Below, in pieces: positions 9,255-18,937 of a DNA stretch of 55,302 nucleotides. Position 1 is the first letter of the stretch; every line of letters begins with the position of its first letter. A program made the translations under genes and the position numbers. The notes below the pieces were generated by a model. That model did not search any database and had not been told where the DNA came from. It saw only the letters and a program-made list of their open reading frames with translations. Source of the DNA: a virus (taxonomy: Duplodnaviria; Caudoviricetes); the IMG/VR virus record IMGVR_UViG_3300021964_000086, positions 1-55,302 of that record. One strand, written 5' to 3'.

Positions 9255-10505
9255 CTAAAATTTTATCTTGCCTCTTTTGGGCACGATCTTTAATTTGTAT
9301 CTCACTATGTCCACAACTTCTGGTGGCATCATATAATTCAACATGTTAGCAATAGAATCTTTTTCTTCTCTACTACCTCTCATCATCTTTTCTATTCTGT
9401 CAATCACCTTAGGATCAACTTCTTTAAATTTACTTTTTCTGTTCTCATCTAGAGGAAATATTTCTAGATAAGGTATTAATTCTTCTTTGATAGAAGAAAA
9501 CTTCATTCCATGATTCACAACCAAACTTGCTTTCGCAGCTGATGATAGAACTGGTATATCTGCTTTCACAAGTGCCTGTAATTGTGGCTTACCCATTCTC
9601 TGCATCATTTTACTTAACTGTGTAAATCTTGCAGGTTGTAATTCTGTATGATGAACACCTCTTAATGGTTCATATTCTTTTTTCAATCTTTTGATTTGTG
9701 CGGATGTAAATTCAGTTATTAACATATCATTTTTATCTAATGCTTCATTTTTCTCACCTGTCTTATATGAGTATGCTGTTTTTAGATAATCAGTCGCTTT
9801 CGTAATTTTACCTTGCACCCATTCTTCAACATCACCGTCATCACTTACCATTCTTTCAATGCCGTCTAAGAAATGTCTCATCTGATTTACTTGGTTCATT
9901 ATCATATCTACTTCAGCAGCACCACCTGTATCATCACTATCAACTGCCTCACTATAAGTAGGAAACATTTTTCTCATTTTATTAGTGTCAAGAAATTGTT
10001 TTACACCCTTTTTCTTCATTGCAACAGCAGTTTTAGCATTAGGAGCATACACATGATCTTTAGTATCTTTAGTGTTTTTGTTATCTACTTTTGCAGTATT
10101 ACCTCTCACTAAAAATCTATCATTATCATATGCTTGTCCTTCTTGTCTTACTGTGTCTATTTGTTTTTTTAGATCAGCTTTATCAAGTTTATCTTGTGCC
10201 TTTTGAACAGGATCTTCTTGTTCTTCTAGTTCTTTTTTTAAATCTTTAATATTTCTTGCTGTTGTTCCAAATTGTTGTTTTGCAAACTTTAATAAGTTAG
10301 AATCAGAACCAGAAAATTCAATCGCATCATCACCACCAAAAGAAACTTTGTTCTTAGGTAGTTTTTTCATTCTAATACCAAATTTTTTAGCCGCCTGTGT
10401 TAATTTACTTTTAGGCACATCATCATATGATATATCAAAAACTGATACTGTTGCCTCATTCATTTCTCTGAGGATTTCTGCCATTGTTTTATTGTACTTT
10501 TGCAT
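9255..10505 (-). CDS. Multi-module hypothetical late protein, probable internal head protein
   Basis: Late promoter upstream; modules separated by xxE sites; EEWVQGKITKATDYL module. Confidence 0.55.
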   Translation of the reverse strand: MQKYNKTMAEILREMNEATVSVFDISYDDVPKSKLTQAAKKFGIRMKKLPKNKVSFGGDDAIEFSGSDSNLLKFAKQQFGTTARNIKDLKKELEEQEDPVQKAQDKLDKADLKKQIDTVRQEGQAYDNDRFLVRGNTAKVDNKNTKDTKDHVYAPNAKTAVAMKKKGVKQFLDTNKMRKMFPTYSEAVDSDDTGGAAEVDMIMNQVNQMRHFLDGIERMVSDDGDVEEWVQGKITKATDYLKTAYSYKTGEKNEALDKNDMLITEFTSAQIKRLKKEYEPLRGVHHTELQPARFTQLSKMMQRMGKPQLQALVKADIPVLSSAAKASLVVNHGMKFSSIKEELIPYLEIFPLDENRKSKFKEVDPKVIDRIEKMMRGSREEKDSIANMLNYMMPPEVVDIVRYKLKIVPKRGKIKF

Positions 10506-10521
10506 TTTTCTCTCCGTGTAC

Positions 10522-10529
10522 TATTTATA
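10522..10529 (-). promoter_or_regulatory. T4 late promoter TATAAATA
   Basis: Exact consensus upstream of the 10505 start. Confidence 0.75.
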
Positions 10530-10532
10530 CAA

Positions 10533-10886
10533 TTAATTATCTACTGGTGCATTAGCACGCCATTGATAACATGACCAATACCCTGCGGTTGTTTTATCTT
10601 TTTTCTGGTCACAATTATGTCTAGCACGAAAACTTTTTCTCGCACCTGCGTCATCACGATTAATACTCATGTTAGGATCACCAAAAGAAACCTTTACAAC
10701 ATTACCTTTTGCGTTCTTTACATAGACATAAAACTTTTTCGTACCGCCTCTTTTAGGGTCATTTAAAGTTACTTTTTTGCCTTGGTATTCTGCTTCTGTG
10801 ATTCCTTCTTGTTCATGTTCATATATCATACCTTCACATACTAAATCTATTTCTTCAACTTGTTTTAATGTTTTTATCTTATTCAT
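10533..10886 (-). CDS. Conserved viral basic protein (RARH-x-C...YWSC motif)
   Basis: KKFYVYV...KVSFGD...RKSFRARHNC...AGYWSC. Confidence 0.7.
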   Translation of the reverse strand: MNKIKTLKQVEEIDLVCEGMIYEHEQEGITEAEYQGKKVTLNDPKRGGTKKFYVYVKNAKGNVVKVSFGDPNMSINRDDAGARKSFRARHNCDQKKDKTTAGYWSCYQWRANAPVDN

Positions 10887-10888
10887 TA

Positions 10889-12955
10889 TTAACCCCTTAC
10901 CTTTGAGGCTAGATCAGAATCCGCTTTGCCCCATGTACCACTTGATTTAGTCACGAAGCTGTTAACTCTTGCCATACCCCATTGTTGTGGAGTAGTGCCT
11001 GGTCTATGACCTGTTCTCCATGCAGCCATACCTCTGTTATAGACTTTCATCAATACACCATATGGCATACCAGACTTAGCTGCTTTCTTTTTTACGCCTT
11101 CGTTTTCAGATAACAACTCGTCAAACATCTCAGTTACAGTTTGATCTAGTTTAACTCGATACTCTGTGCCATATTGATCTTTGTATTGTTCAATTGTTTC
11201 GTCTAACTCTGACCATGCTTTGATGTCTTTGATTTCTTGTTCTACATCTTCACCAAATTTCTTTTTGAAAGCGATTGTATGTTTAGATGGTTTTGTTTTT
11301 CCACTTGCATCACCAGGTGCTGGTTTGTATGCTGCAGGATTGTCATCATCCATCTTTGTGCCTTTTTTGAAATGAGCATCTCTCGCTGACTTTGTAGATT
11401 TAGATTTGATACCAGAAAAATACTTAGCAGGTTGTGTACCTTCTTTATCTTTGATATCTGGATCTTGTGTTGCTTCGCCTTGTGCTCTTTTTAATTGATC
11501 TGGAGTAGGTGCGCCTTTCTCACCTTTCTTTCTCATTGTCTCGCCACGCTTTCTTTTCATATTAATATTATGCCATAAACCTTTTTCTTCAATTCCTTCT
11601 GGTACCATTTTTGATATCACATTAATCTTAGCATTAGCAATTGCTGCTCTTGTAGGAGCATCAAGATTCTTTAATAGTTTCTTAATCGCAGGTGTTACAT
11701 CTCTCTTAGTTTTCTTAGCCCAAACTTTTTTAAGGTTTGCTAATTGTTTATCTGAAAGTGTGCCTCTTAAAGATTCTTCTAAATCAACTTCTTCAAACTT
11801 TTGAAATTTTCTGTTATCAACAAACTTCGCATAGTCTCTTACTTGGCCAGGTGTTGTGATATTAAATTTTCTTTGTGTGTGTATTTGATTAGCGTTCTCA
11901 GGTCCTTGTGTCCAAGTATCTATACTTGCGATCTTAGGTTGACCTGGTGTTTCAATTGGTAGTTTTCTTGCTTTCTTCTCTGCCTTTTTAGTTTCTTTTT
12001 CTTCGTCATCTGTATTTTTTTGTTGACTATCTTTAGCAGAATTGATTTCCTCTTCAAAAGAAGAAAAAGATTTTAATTGACTACTATTCTTTTGTAACAC
12101 TAATTTCTTTTTATCTACATCCTCAACTTGTATTTCGCTGTCAATATTATTTGCTGGAATAATTTCATTCAACCATGCTTTTTCTACACCACCATCTTCC
12201 ATTTCGTATTGCACATAGTTTGGTCCTCGTTTAATAATTTTACCAACATTTCCATTGTTTGTATTTTCTACCATATCATGCATATTAAATATTTCATTGT
12301 TGTGATAATTTTCTCTAATCAATCGTAATTCATCATCTTCAGGTGCCATCGCTTCATTCACTCCCATACCCTTTTTTAAGTCTTTAAATAATTTCATAGC
12401 ATCTTTCTCCTTAGTGCCTGTAATAAGTCCTTGTTTGAAACTGGTAAAGTCATTTCTTGCAGCAAACTCTCTCATCTTACTCGCACTCATTCCTGTAGCG
12501 CCAGTAGCGTCTGGATCTCTTTCACCAGCACTTACAACCTCTGTTGTATCGAAATTATAATCTTTACCGTTATATTGTTTTATTAGCCTTTTAAATTCAG
12601 CAACTCGATCACTTCCTGCGATCATATAAACATCTGTATATCTTTTATCAAATCTATTTTTCAATATTTCCATAAATGTTCGTTCACTTCCAATTGCTGG
12701 TAATATCTGTATGCCTCTTGGATATAACTTTTTTAAATAATCCACTTTTTGTTTTACTGTTAATGGATTCTTTTTTTTATCCTGACTGGCACTTACATAT
12801 AGCACAGGTAGGCCTTTAACCCGTTTTGCTACTGTAATAATTCTTTCTATTAGTTTTTGGTGTCCAATGGTAGGTGGATTTAATCTACCAAATGCGAATA
12901 CCACGGGTTTACTTTTACCTGTATTCTTTCTTAATAGTTCTTTAAGTGTTTTCAT
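10889..12955 (-). CDS. HxGH-type nucleotidyltransferase (cytidylyltransferase/NMNAT-like) fused to multiple small C-terminal modules
   Basis: FGRLNPPTIGHQKL, GSDR, SAGERDPD, MSASKMR; about 480 aa modular tail. Confidence 0.85.
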   Translation of the reverse strand: MKTLKELLRKNTGKSKPVVFAFGRLNPPTIGHQKLIERIITVAKRVKGLPVLYVSASQDKKKNPLTVKQKVDYLKKLYPRGIQILPAIGSERTFMEILKNRFDKRYTDVYMIAGSDRVAEFKRLIKQYNGKDYNFDTTEVVSAGERDPDATGATGMSASKMREFAARNDFTSFKQGLITGTKEKDAMKLFKDLKKGMGVNEAMAPEDDELRLIRENYHNNEIFNMHDMVENTNNGNVGKIIKRGPNYVQYEMEDGGVEKAWLNEIIPANNIDSEIQVEDVDKKKLVLQKNSSQLKSFSSFEEEINSAKDSQQKNTDDEEKETKKAEKKARKLPIETPGQPKIASIDTWTQGPENANQIHTQRKFNITTPGQVRDYAKFVDNRKFQKFEEVDLEESLRGTLSDKQLANLKKVWAKKTKRDVTPAIKKLLKNLDAPTRAAIANAKINVISKMVPEGIEEKGLWHNINMKRKRGETMRKKGEKGAPTPDQLKRAQGEATQDPDIKDKEGTQPAKYFSGIKSKSTKSARDAHFKKGTKMDDDNPAAYKPAPGDASGKTKPSKHTIAFKKKFGEDVEQEIKDIKAWSELDETIEQYKDQYGTEYRVKLDQTVTEMFDELLSENEGVKKKAAKSGMPYGVLMKVYNRGMAAWRTGHRPGTTPQQWGMARVNSFVTKSSGTWGKADSDLASKVRG

Positions 12956-13766
12956 TTGGTATCCTTACTTTTAGTAGTGGTTTATCATTGAAAGTAATAT
13001 CGCCTTTTTCATTTTTACCAATCTTTTTAATTGTAATTCTTTTATTTTTAAACTTACCACCTAATACTGTGTCACCTACTTTAATTGGTATTTTAATATC
13101 TTCTTTTATCTTTCTTGCTTCTTTTTCTTTCTTTAACCACATTTTTGCTGTGTAATTATCAATAGGTTTTTTCACAATCTTTCTTACCATTTTATAAGCA
13201 TCATCTAAAATATTTTGATTCAATTCATTATTATCAATTACAAAAAAATTTTTCATGCCAAATAATCTCTGTAACTTACCCATATTTTGTTGTATCTGTG
13301 AATGACTTCTTTTTACAAGGTCTATTGGCACTGATCTTGTTCTCTTAGCATTTCTTGCCAAGGCCACATCTAAGTTTGTGTTAACAAATATCATATAACA
13401 ATCATAACCTAATCTTTTTAATCCTGCAAGACCTGTTTCTATTTTTGTTGTATCTCTTGCGGTACTGTCAATCACTAAACCTAATCTACCTTTAATATAT
13501 AAGTCTAATCTTTTAGATGTTAATCTTTTTGATCTAGCACGAAGTAAGTCTCTAAAGTATTCTTCTTCTGGCGGCATGTCTAAAGATAAGTTTGCTTTCT
13601 TCAATGCAATTTCAAATGAAGTATCTGAATTAACATTTTTTAAACCTAGACCTGGAGTTATTCTCGCATTAACAAATGACTTACCAGAACCTGGACCACC
13701 TGCAAGAAAGAATGCCTTGAAGATACCTGGGTCATATAAACCTTCTCGTATAATAAATCTTTCCAT
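12942..13766 (-). CDS. P-loop kinase (zeta-toxin/PNK-like) with small C-terminal domain
   Basis: LAGGPGSGKS Walker A, VNSD, LVIDST, lid ALARNAKRTR. Confidence 0.85.
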   Translation of the reverse strand: MERFIIREGLYDPGIFKAFFLAGGPGSGKSFVNARITPGLGLKNVNSDTSFEIALKKANLSLDMPPEEEYFRDLLRARSKRLTSKRLDLYIKGRLGLVIDSTARDTTKIETGLAGLKRLGYDCYMIFVNTNLDVALARNAKRTRSVPIDLVKRSHSQIQQNMGKLQRLFGMKNFFVIDNNELNQNILDDAYKMVRKIVKKPIDNYTAKMWLKKEKEARKIKEDIKIPIKVGDTVLGGKFKNKRITIKKIGKNEKGDITFNDKPLLKVRIPNENT

Positions 13767-13769
13767 TGT

Positions 13770-14483
13770 TTATACCTGCATTGTCCTTGGATTATCTAAT
13801 ATGATTAAATCAAATATTGCACCAGCACCTGTTGTTGCACCTGCTTTAATTCTTACTTCTAAATCTGTCTTTTCATCAAATTCTAATGGTACAGGATATT
13901 CGTATGTTACAGGATCACCAGATGAACCAAACTTACCTTTAATATTAAAAGCACCATTTTCTGGTCTTGCCAAAAATTCAAACTCACATTCTTTTGCTTT
14001 TTCTAAATTGCCTTGAAATTTAATTAGATATCCTTTTTTACCAGCAGGAATTGTATATAATGCCATAAGTGTTTGACCTTTGCCTGCAAGTATTTGTGCA
14101 GCAGTTTTACTATCTGCTGTTATTGTGAGAACACCCACATTTGATGAGCCTGTATTTGCTGTTACTAATACTGCTCTAAATATTCTAAAAAATTCTACTG
14201 ATCCAGCAGAACCACCTATTGTTAAAGTTTCTGAAACTTCGTTGTAACTAGCATCCAATCCTGACACTAAAACTGTACCATCATTATCTGAACTTGTATC
14301 ACTTGAAGTGACTTGTGCTGTGCCAGCGCTAGAAATATAAGTATAAACATTTGAAGCGTCTATAACACTTTCAAAACTGGTGCCTACTGTTGGATTGTAT
14401 CCAAACTTATTAATATGACTTACACCTCTAACAAGACCTCTTGCAATCTGAAAATTTTGTTCGTTAATATATCCTACAGTCAT
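13770..14483 (-). CDS. Hypothetical beta-rich protein (possible virion protein)
   Basis: IARGLVRGVSHINKFGYN...YTIPAGK; translationally coupled to neighbours. Confidence 0.6.
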   Translation of the reverse strand: MTVGYINEQNFQIARGLVRGVSHINKFGYNPTVGTSFESVIDASNVYTYISSAGTAQVTSSDTSSDNDGTVLVSGLDASYNEVSETLTIGGSAGSVEFFRIFRAVLVTANTGSSNVGVLTITADSKTAAQILAGKGQTLMALYTIPAGKKGYLIKFQGNLEKAKECEFEFLARPENGAFNIKGKFGSSGDPVTYEYPVPLEFDEKTDLEVRIKAGATTGAGAIFDLIILDNPRTMQV

Positions 14484-15709
14484 TAACCTTTCTCCCAGTT
14501 TTTAGCAGCCGTAAAGTTTTGTATAGAAAACTCTAATCTATCTACAAGTTTTACTGCTTTACCTTTTTTATCTACTGCAACATAACCTTCTGGGTTTGTT
14601 GCTTGTAATCCATTTGCTGTTCTTTTAAATGTACCAATACTTTTTGCCTTGTTTAGTTTTGATATAATTACACCTTTTGCTGTCTGCAATGTTTTATATG
14701 TAGCACAAGCAAAGTAAATACTTTCATTATGATTGTCAATAAATTTTAAACCTGTGTCTTGTATTGTTTTGTATTTGTCTTTTGCTTTATCTGTCTTAAC
14801 ACTATCTACTTCTTTTTGTGTTCTCTCTTTGTAAAACTCTCTAAACTTATTTGCTGTTTCTTTTGTACTTGGTAAATCTGTTGCGGCTCTGATAAATGAA
14901 TTAAGATATGTTTTTAATTGCACACCTACAGACAAAGTATTTTTTTCTGTTTTAATTTTGTTTAACATCTCTTTTGACTTCTTTAGTGAACCAGACGCCA
15001 TATTAATAGTCTTTTGTAATTGTTGACTTTCACCAATTGTCATCAATGCATTACCAGATACATCTTTATAACTTGCATCATCAAACCATACATTAGGTGT
15101 TCTTCTTAACTTAGAAACATTGGCACCAAACTTAGCACTTAACTTATCAAAACTTCTACCTTTATATGTTGTATGAAATATAATACCTAATTTACTACGA
15201 TCTATCTTCTTACCAAATGGTGTATTCTCTGGTACCATGTAAACAATTGTATTAGGTTGAAACGAAATCATTTGTTCTTGTTTACCTGAAGGATCTTTGT
15301 ATGTTGTTTTCTTTTTACCAGACTGAGTAAACATTAGATCACCTTGTAGTATTTCTTTCATACCTAAACCAGAAAGATATTGTAAACAATCTCTTAGTAT
15401 ATTGGCAACAGGACCTTCATGATTATTTCTGATATCTTGTATTGAGTAATTTACTTTAGGTGTTTTATTAAAAACAGATTTTGTACCCACAAAGAATTTA
15501 CCATTCTCTGGACTTGGACCACAGACTATCGCTGGAGCACCATCCCATTTTGTAGTCACATTGACTTTACTTGTACTGTGACCAGATAACATACCATTCA
15601 ATGCTTCTAAAAAAGCAATTGCATTTTGACCACCTGCATAACCATTGTTAATGATATCATCTTCCAGATGTTCTAAATGAGTATTCTTATCTTCGTTTAA
15701 TAGTTCCAT
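14483..15709 (-). CDS. Conserved T4-like protein with ligase-like KxDG motif
   Basis: KNTHLEHLED, TTKWDGAPA (motif I-like), QGD, PEGYV (motif IV-like), AVKLVDR (motif V-like). Confidence 0.7.
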   Translation of the reverse strand: MELLNEDKNTHLEHLEDDIINNGYAGGQNAIAFLEALNGMLSGHSTSKVNVTTKWDGAPAIVCGPSPENGKFFVGTKSVFNKTPKVNYSIQDIRNNHEGPVANILRDCLQYLSGLGMKEILQGDLMFTQSGKKKTTYKDPSGKQEQMISFQPNTIVYMVPENTPFGKKIDRSKLGIIFHTTYKGRSFDKLSAKFGANVSKLRRTPNVWFDDASYKDVSGNALMTIGESQQLQKTINMASGSLKKSKEMLNKIKTEKNTLSVGVQLKTYLNSFIRAATDLPSTKETANKFREFYKERTQKEVDSVKTDKAKDKYKTIQDTGLKFIDNHNESIYFACATYKTLQTAKGVIISKLNKAKSIGTFKRTANGLQATNPEGYVAVDKKGKAVKLVDRLEFSIQNFTAAKNWEKG

Positions 15710-17064
15710 TATTTTACTTTTATTCCTGGTGTGTTAATGTATAGTGATTTACCTGCCCAACCACCTGCGGCTCTTGTTCTAGATGTTATTGGTATTGAAA
15801 CATCTATACCTAATAATTTGTATTTGAAATTTAAAGTGAATTGTTGTGACTTACCATCATAGATGTATTTCGTTGCACTATAATTTTTAACATCTTTGTT
15901 TAGTAAAAATTCTTTGTATTCTTCATTACTTGCAACATCTTTTATTGTTGCACTTGATTCTGTTCCTACTAAAAGTTTATATGGACAAGGTGTATCATCA
16001 GCACTATCTGGATACATGTATATTCCTATTGTGTTTAAAAAATACATTAAGTTTTTTGGTTTCTTTAAATATGAACCAAAACCATCAATCAGATTATTTC
16101 TATAACCATAATAAAAGTCATCTTTATAAAAATTTAATTTATCTTTTGCAAACTCTTTTGCCAATGTTGTAAATGCTTTTTTACTAATACTCTCACTAGG
16201 TTTTTCTCTTGAAATATTAAACTTACTTAATGCCTTCTTTGCATTTTTACCTTTCACAGTTTTTGCTGTATCATTCCATGCTTTGTCCATTAGATCGACT
16301 ACATTTTTGTATTGTGTAGCATCATTTAGTTTTTTATAGAAACTGTGAATTGCAGTATTGAATTTAGGTGTGACATCTTTACCTACTGTTGCTTTGTTAG
16401 AATAACCAATATAATCTGTCTTACCTATTTGTAAAATAATATCACTAGGATTGTTTTTATTGATACCACCCGGTTTTCCACGAGCAGTCCAATAATACTT
16501 GATTGGTTTTTTAGGTAAATCTTTTCTAACTGCTTTAGACATCTGATAACCTATGTTGATATCGACTTCAGGTGTTTCATCTCTATCAACCATTTGTTTG
16601 AGAAATTCAAAAGTGACTTCTTGATCTGCACCTTTGACAGTCATGAAGATGCCTGTGCCACCTGTCTTACCACCTATGTCTTTCATAAATGTTTTGGCGT
16701 CTGTGAATTTAGGATACTTTGCAAAATACAAAGAACAAAATTCATTTACATTTGAGGATGCTGTGGAATCTTTTCGTGTCTTCATGCCATAATGACCTAT
16801 GACATCTTTCATTCGAAGACTTACTGAGTATGGTAATTGTTTATCACCATCGAATACTTGAAATGGAAATTTACCCTTATCGCTGATAGATGTGCCTTTA
16901 GGCTTATCAACACTTTTAAACTTTAATTCTTTTTTAGGTTTGACTTCTTTTTTAACAGATTTCTCTATTTCAGGCGTGACAGTATAAAAAGGATTAAACT
17001 GACCCTTTTGTTGATAATCTGGCGATATTGTTAGTTCCCGTAAGTATTCTTTAAACTTTAACAT
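15709..17064 (-). CDS. Putative PD-(D/E)xK-type nuclease with capsid-targeting-like N-terminus
   Basis: MLKFKEYLRE start; NVNE...NPSDIILQ...IGYSNK. Confidence 0.5.
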   Translation of the reverse strand: MLKFKEYLRELTISPDYQQKGQFNPFYTVTPEIEKSVKKEVKPKKELKFKSVDKPKGTSISDKGKFPFQVFDGDKQLPYSVSLRMKDVIGHYGMKTRKDSTASSNVNEFCSLYFAKYPKFTDAKTFMKDIGGKTGGTGIFMTVKGADQEVTFEFLKQMVDRDETPEVDINIGYQMSKAVRKDLPKKPIKYYWTARGKPGGINKNNPSDIILQIGKTDYIGYSNKATVGKDVTPKFNTAIHSFYKKLNDATQYKNVVDLMDKAWNDTAKTVKGKNAKKALSKFNISREKPSESISKKAFTTLAKEFAKDKLNFYKDDFYYGYRNNLIDGFGSYLKKPKNLMYFLNTIGIYMYPDSADDTPCPYKLLVGTESSATIKDVASNEEYKEFLLNKDVKNYSATKYIYDGKSQQFTLNFKYKLLGIDVSIPITSRTRAAGGWAGKSLYINTPGIKVK

Positions 17065-17096
17065 CATTACTCCCATTTATATACTAAAGTAACTAT

Positions 17097-17360
17097 TTAG
17101 TCAAGGAGAAACTTAGGAATACCACCATTTACCTTCCATACTTGATTTTTATTTTGAAAATCTGCAACCTTTTGTGCTTCTTCTCTGAATTTAAAAGTTG
17201 CAACCGTTTTATCTTTGTTTTCTATTACTGAGAAGGTATAACCTCTACCTTTCTTTCGTGTCTTTACAGAATACTCTAGATTAGAACTGGAAGTCTTGGA
17301 ACTTCTTGTATTTTTCCTCGGCGCTGTCTTCTTGCGTTTCTTTAAGGGTGTGTTCGACAT
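17097..17360 (-). CDS. Small basic hypothetical protein overlapping the helicase 3' end
   Basis: SD AAGGAG before the ATG; C-terminal NGGIPKFL. Confidence 0.55.
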   Translation of the reverse strand: MSNTPLKKRKKTAPRKNTRSSKTSSSNLEYSVKTRKKGRGYTFSVIENKDKTVATFKFREEAQKVADFQNKNQVWKVNGGIPKFLLD

Positions 17361-18687
17361 ATTTGGTCTCCTTTGGTTGTATTAAGTTTTGTGCTTGTTG
17401 TTCTATATCAAACAGTTTCATTCTTGCACGATCTACACCTATGATAAACTTACGATTAAGTGTTGGATCATTGTATCTGTTCTTTAATTGTTTGACAAGC
17501 ATCTGCCCTGCCTTTTCTAGTTCTTCACTAGAGATCAACGCAAACATAAAGTCTGCTGTTGCTGGAAGCCCAAAGGATTCAGAGGTATCTTCTAAACCAA
17601 TATCACTGGATACGAAACCACCTCTGGTTGTTTGTGTCGCCGTTACAATAGGAACATCTAATTCAACAGCCAAACCTCTTAGTTCTTCAGCGATTGCTTT
17701 GATATAGGTATAACTGTTTACATTAGAGCCTGCCTTAAATCTAGACGAAGCACATATATTAATATAATCTACAAAAATAATGTCTGGTTTAAATGTTCGT
17801 TTTAATGCTAGTTCATTCACTAAGGCACGATAGTGATTTGCACCTGCACTTGCAGTTGGATATTCTTTAATAATAAGTGTGCCTGTTGTTTTAGATTGTA
17901 ATTGTGTAATCTTATCGCTGAATAGTTTCTTATTCAACATATGTAAATCTTCCATGGAAATGTTAAGTAAGTTTGCATCTATTCTTTCTGCAATTCTTTC
18001 TTCAGCCATTTCCATGGTAATGTATAATACATTTTTGTTTTGTGCCAATGCACTTGCGGCTTGATGACACATAAACAAAGTTTTACCAACACCTGTGCCT
18101 GCCAATGCGACATTCAATGTTTTAGTTGGTAAACCACCTTTTGTGACTTTGTTGAAATAGTCTAGATCAAAAGGTATTCGTGTTTCTCTTTTGTGGTAAT
18201 AGTCAAATCGTTTTTCTATATCCAGTAAATAATCATGCCCCACAGTATTATCAAAGCTAACAGAGAGAGCATCCCGGAGGATTTCTGGTATAGCTTCTGG
18301 AGTGTGTTTTTTATCTTTTCCATCTATGATATGTATGCCTTCCATAACAGCATTATGAACAGCACGGTCTTTACAAAATTTCTCAGTCGTATTGACTAAC
18401 CATTCTAAATCAACCTCTTGTGGATCTAATGATGAAATTAAATCAACAATTTTTTTATACTCGTCTTCATTTAGGTCTTTGCGTTTACCTAAATCAATTT
18501 GTAAAGTTTCTTTAGTTGGTCGTTTATTATACTGTGAGACAAATTTTTGTATCTCAGAAAATACTACTCGCTCATTGCGATCTTCAAAATACTCTGGTTT
18601 AAGAAAAGGTAATACTTTTCTTGTGTAGTCTTCGTTATGTAGTAGATTCCTGAGAGCCGTTCTCTCTATCTTCTCTGCTGTTATCAT
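17281..18687 (-). CDS. gp41: Replicative DNA helicase
   Basis: AGTGVGKT, TMEMAEE, IIKEYPT, FVDYINI, ATQTTR, SESFGLPATAD, QLKNRY. Confidence 0.97.
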   Translation of the reverse strand: MITAEKIERTALRNLLHNEDYTRKVLPFLKPEYFEDRNERVVFSEIQKFVSQYNKRPTKETLQIDLGKRKDLNEDEYKKIVDLISSLDPQEVDLEWLVNTTEKFCKDRAVHNAVMEGIHIIDGKDKKHTPEAIPEILRDALSVSFDNTVGHDYLLDIEKRFDYYHKRETRIPFDLDYFNKVTKGGLPTKTLNVALAGTGVGKTLFMCHQAASALAQNKNVLYITMEMAEERIAERIDANLLNISMEDLHMLNKKLFSDKITQLQSKTTGTLIIKEYPTASAGANHYRALVNELALKRTFKPDIIFVDYINICASSRFKAGSNVNSYTYIKAIAEELRGLAVELDVPIVTATQTTRGGFVSSDIGLEDTSESFGLPATADFMFALISSEELEKAGQMLVKQLKNRYNDPTLNRKFIIGVDRARMKLFDIEQQAQNLIQPKETKYVEHTLKETQEDSAEEKYKKFQDFQF

Positions 18688-18937
18688 TCTTTTCCTTGTC
18701 TATTTCCAATGTTAATATATCACCAATCATGTTAATAAATTCGTCTGAATCTGTGTCCACATCATTTGGGTTCTCATGTACATTGTATTCAAACTTCAGT
18801 CTTAACTTATCATCTTCTTCAATAGGTTTTACTTTTCCGTAAGTATAGATAACATTCTCGTATTTACCATCAGCAATACGAAACCCTGCTTGTTCAAACC
18901 TTGGGTGTTCAACATAACTATACTTCGGAATTTCCAT
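18635..18937 (-). CDS. gp40: Head vertex assembly chaperone-like protein
   Basis: T4 synteny uvsX-40-41; [11 protein letters not shown]...LKFEY. Confidence 0.65.
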   Translation of the reverse strand: MEIPKYSYVEHPRFEQAGFRIADGKYENVIYTYGKVKPIEEDDKLRLKFEYNVHENPNDVDTDSDEFINMIGDILTLEIDKEKNDNSREDRENGSQESTT

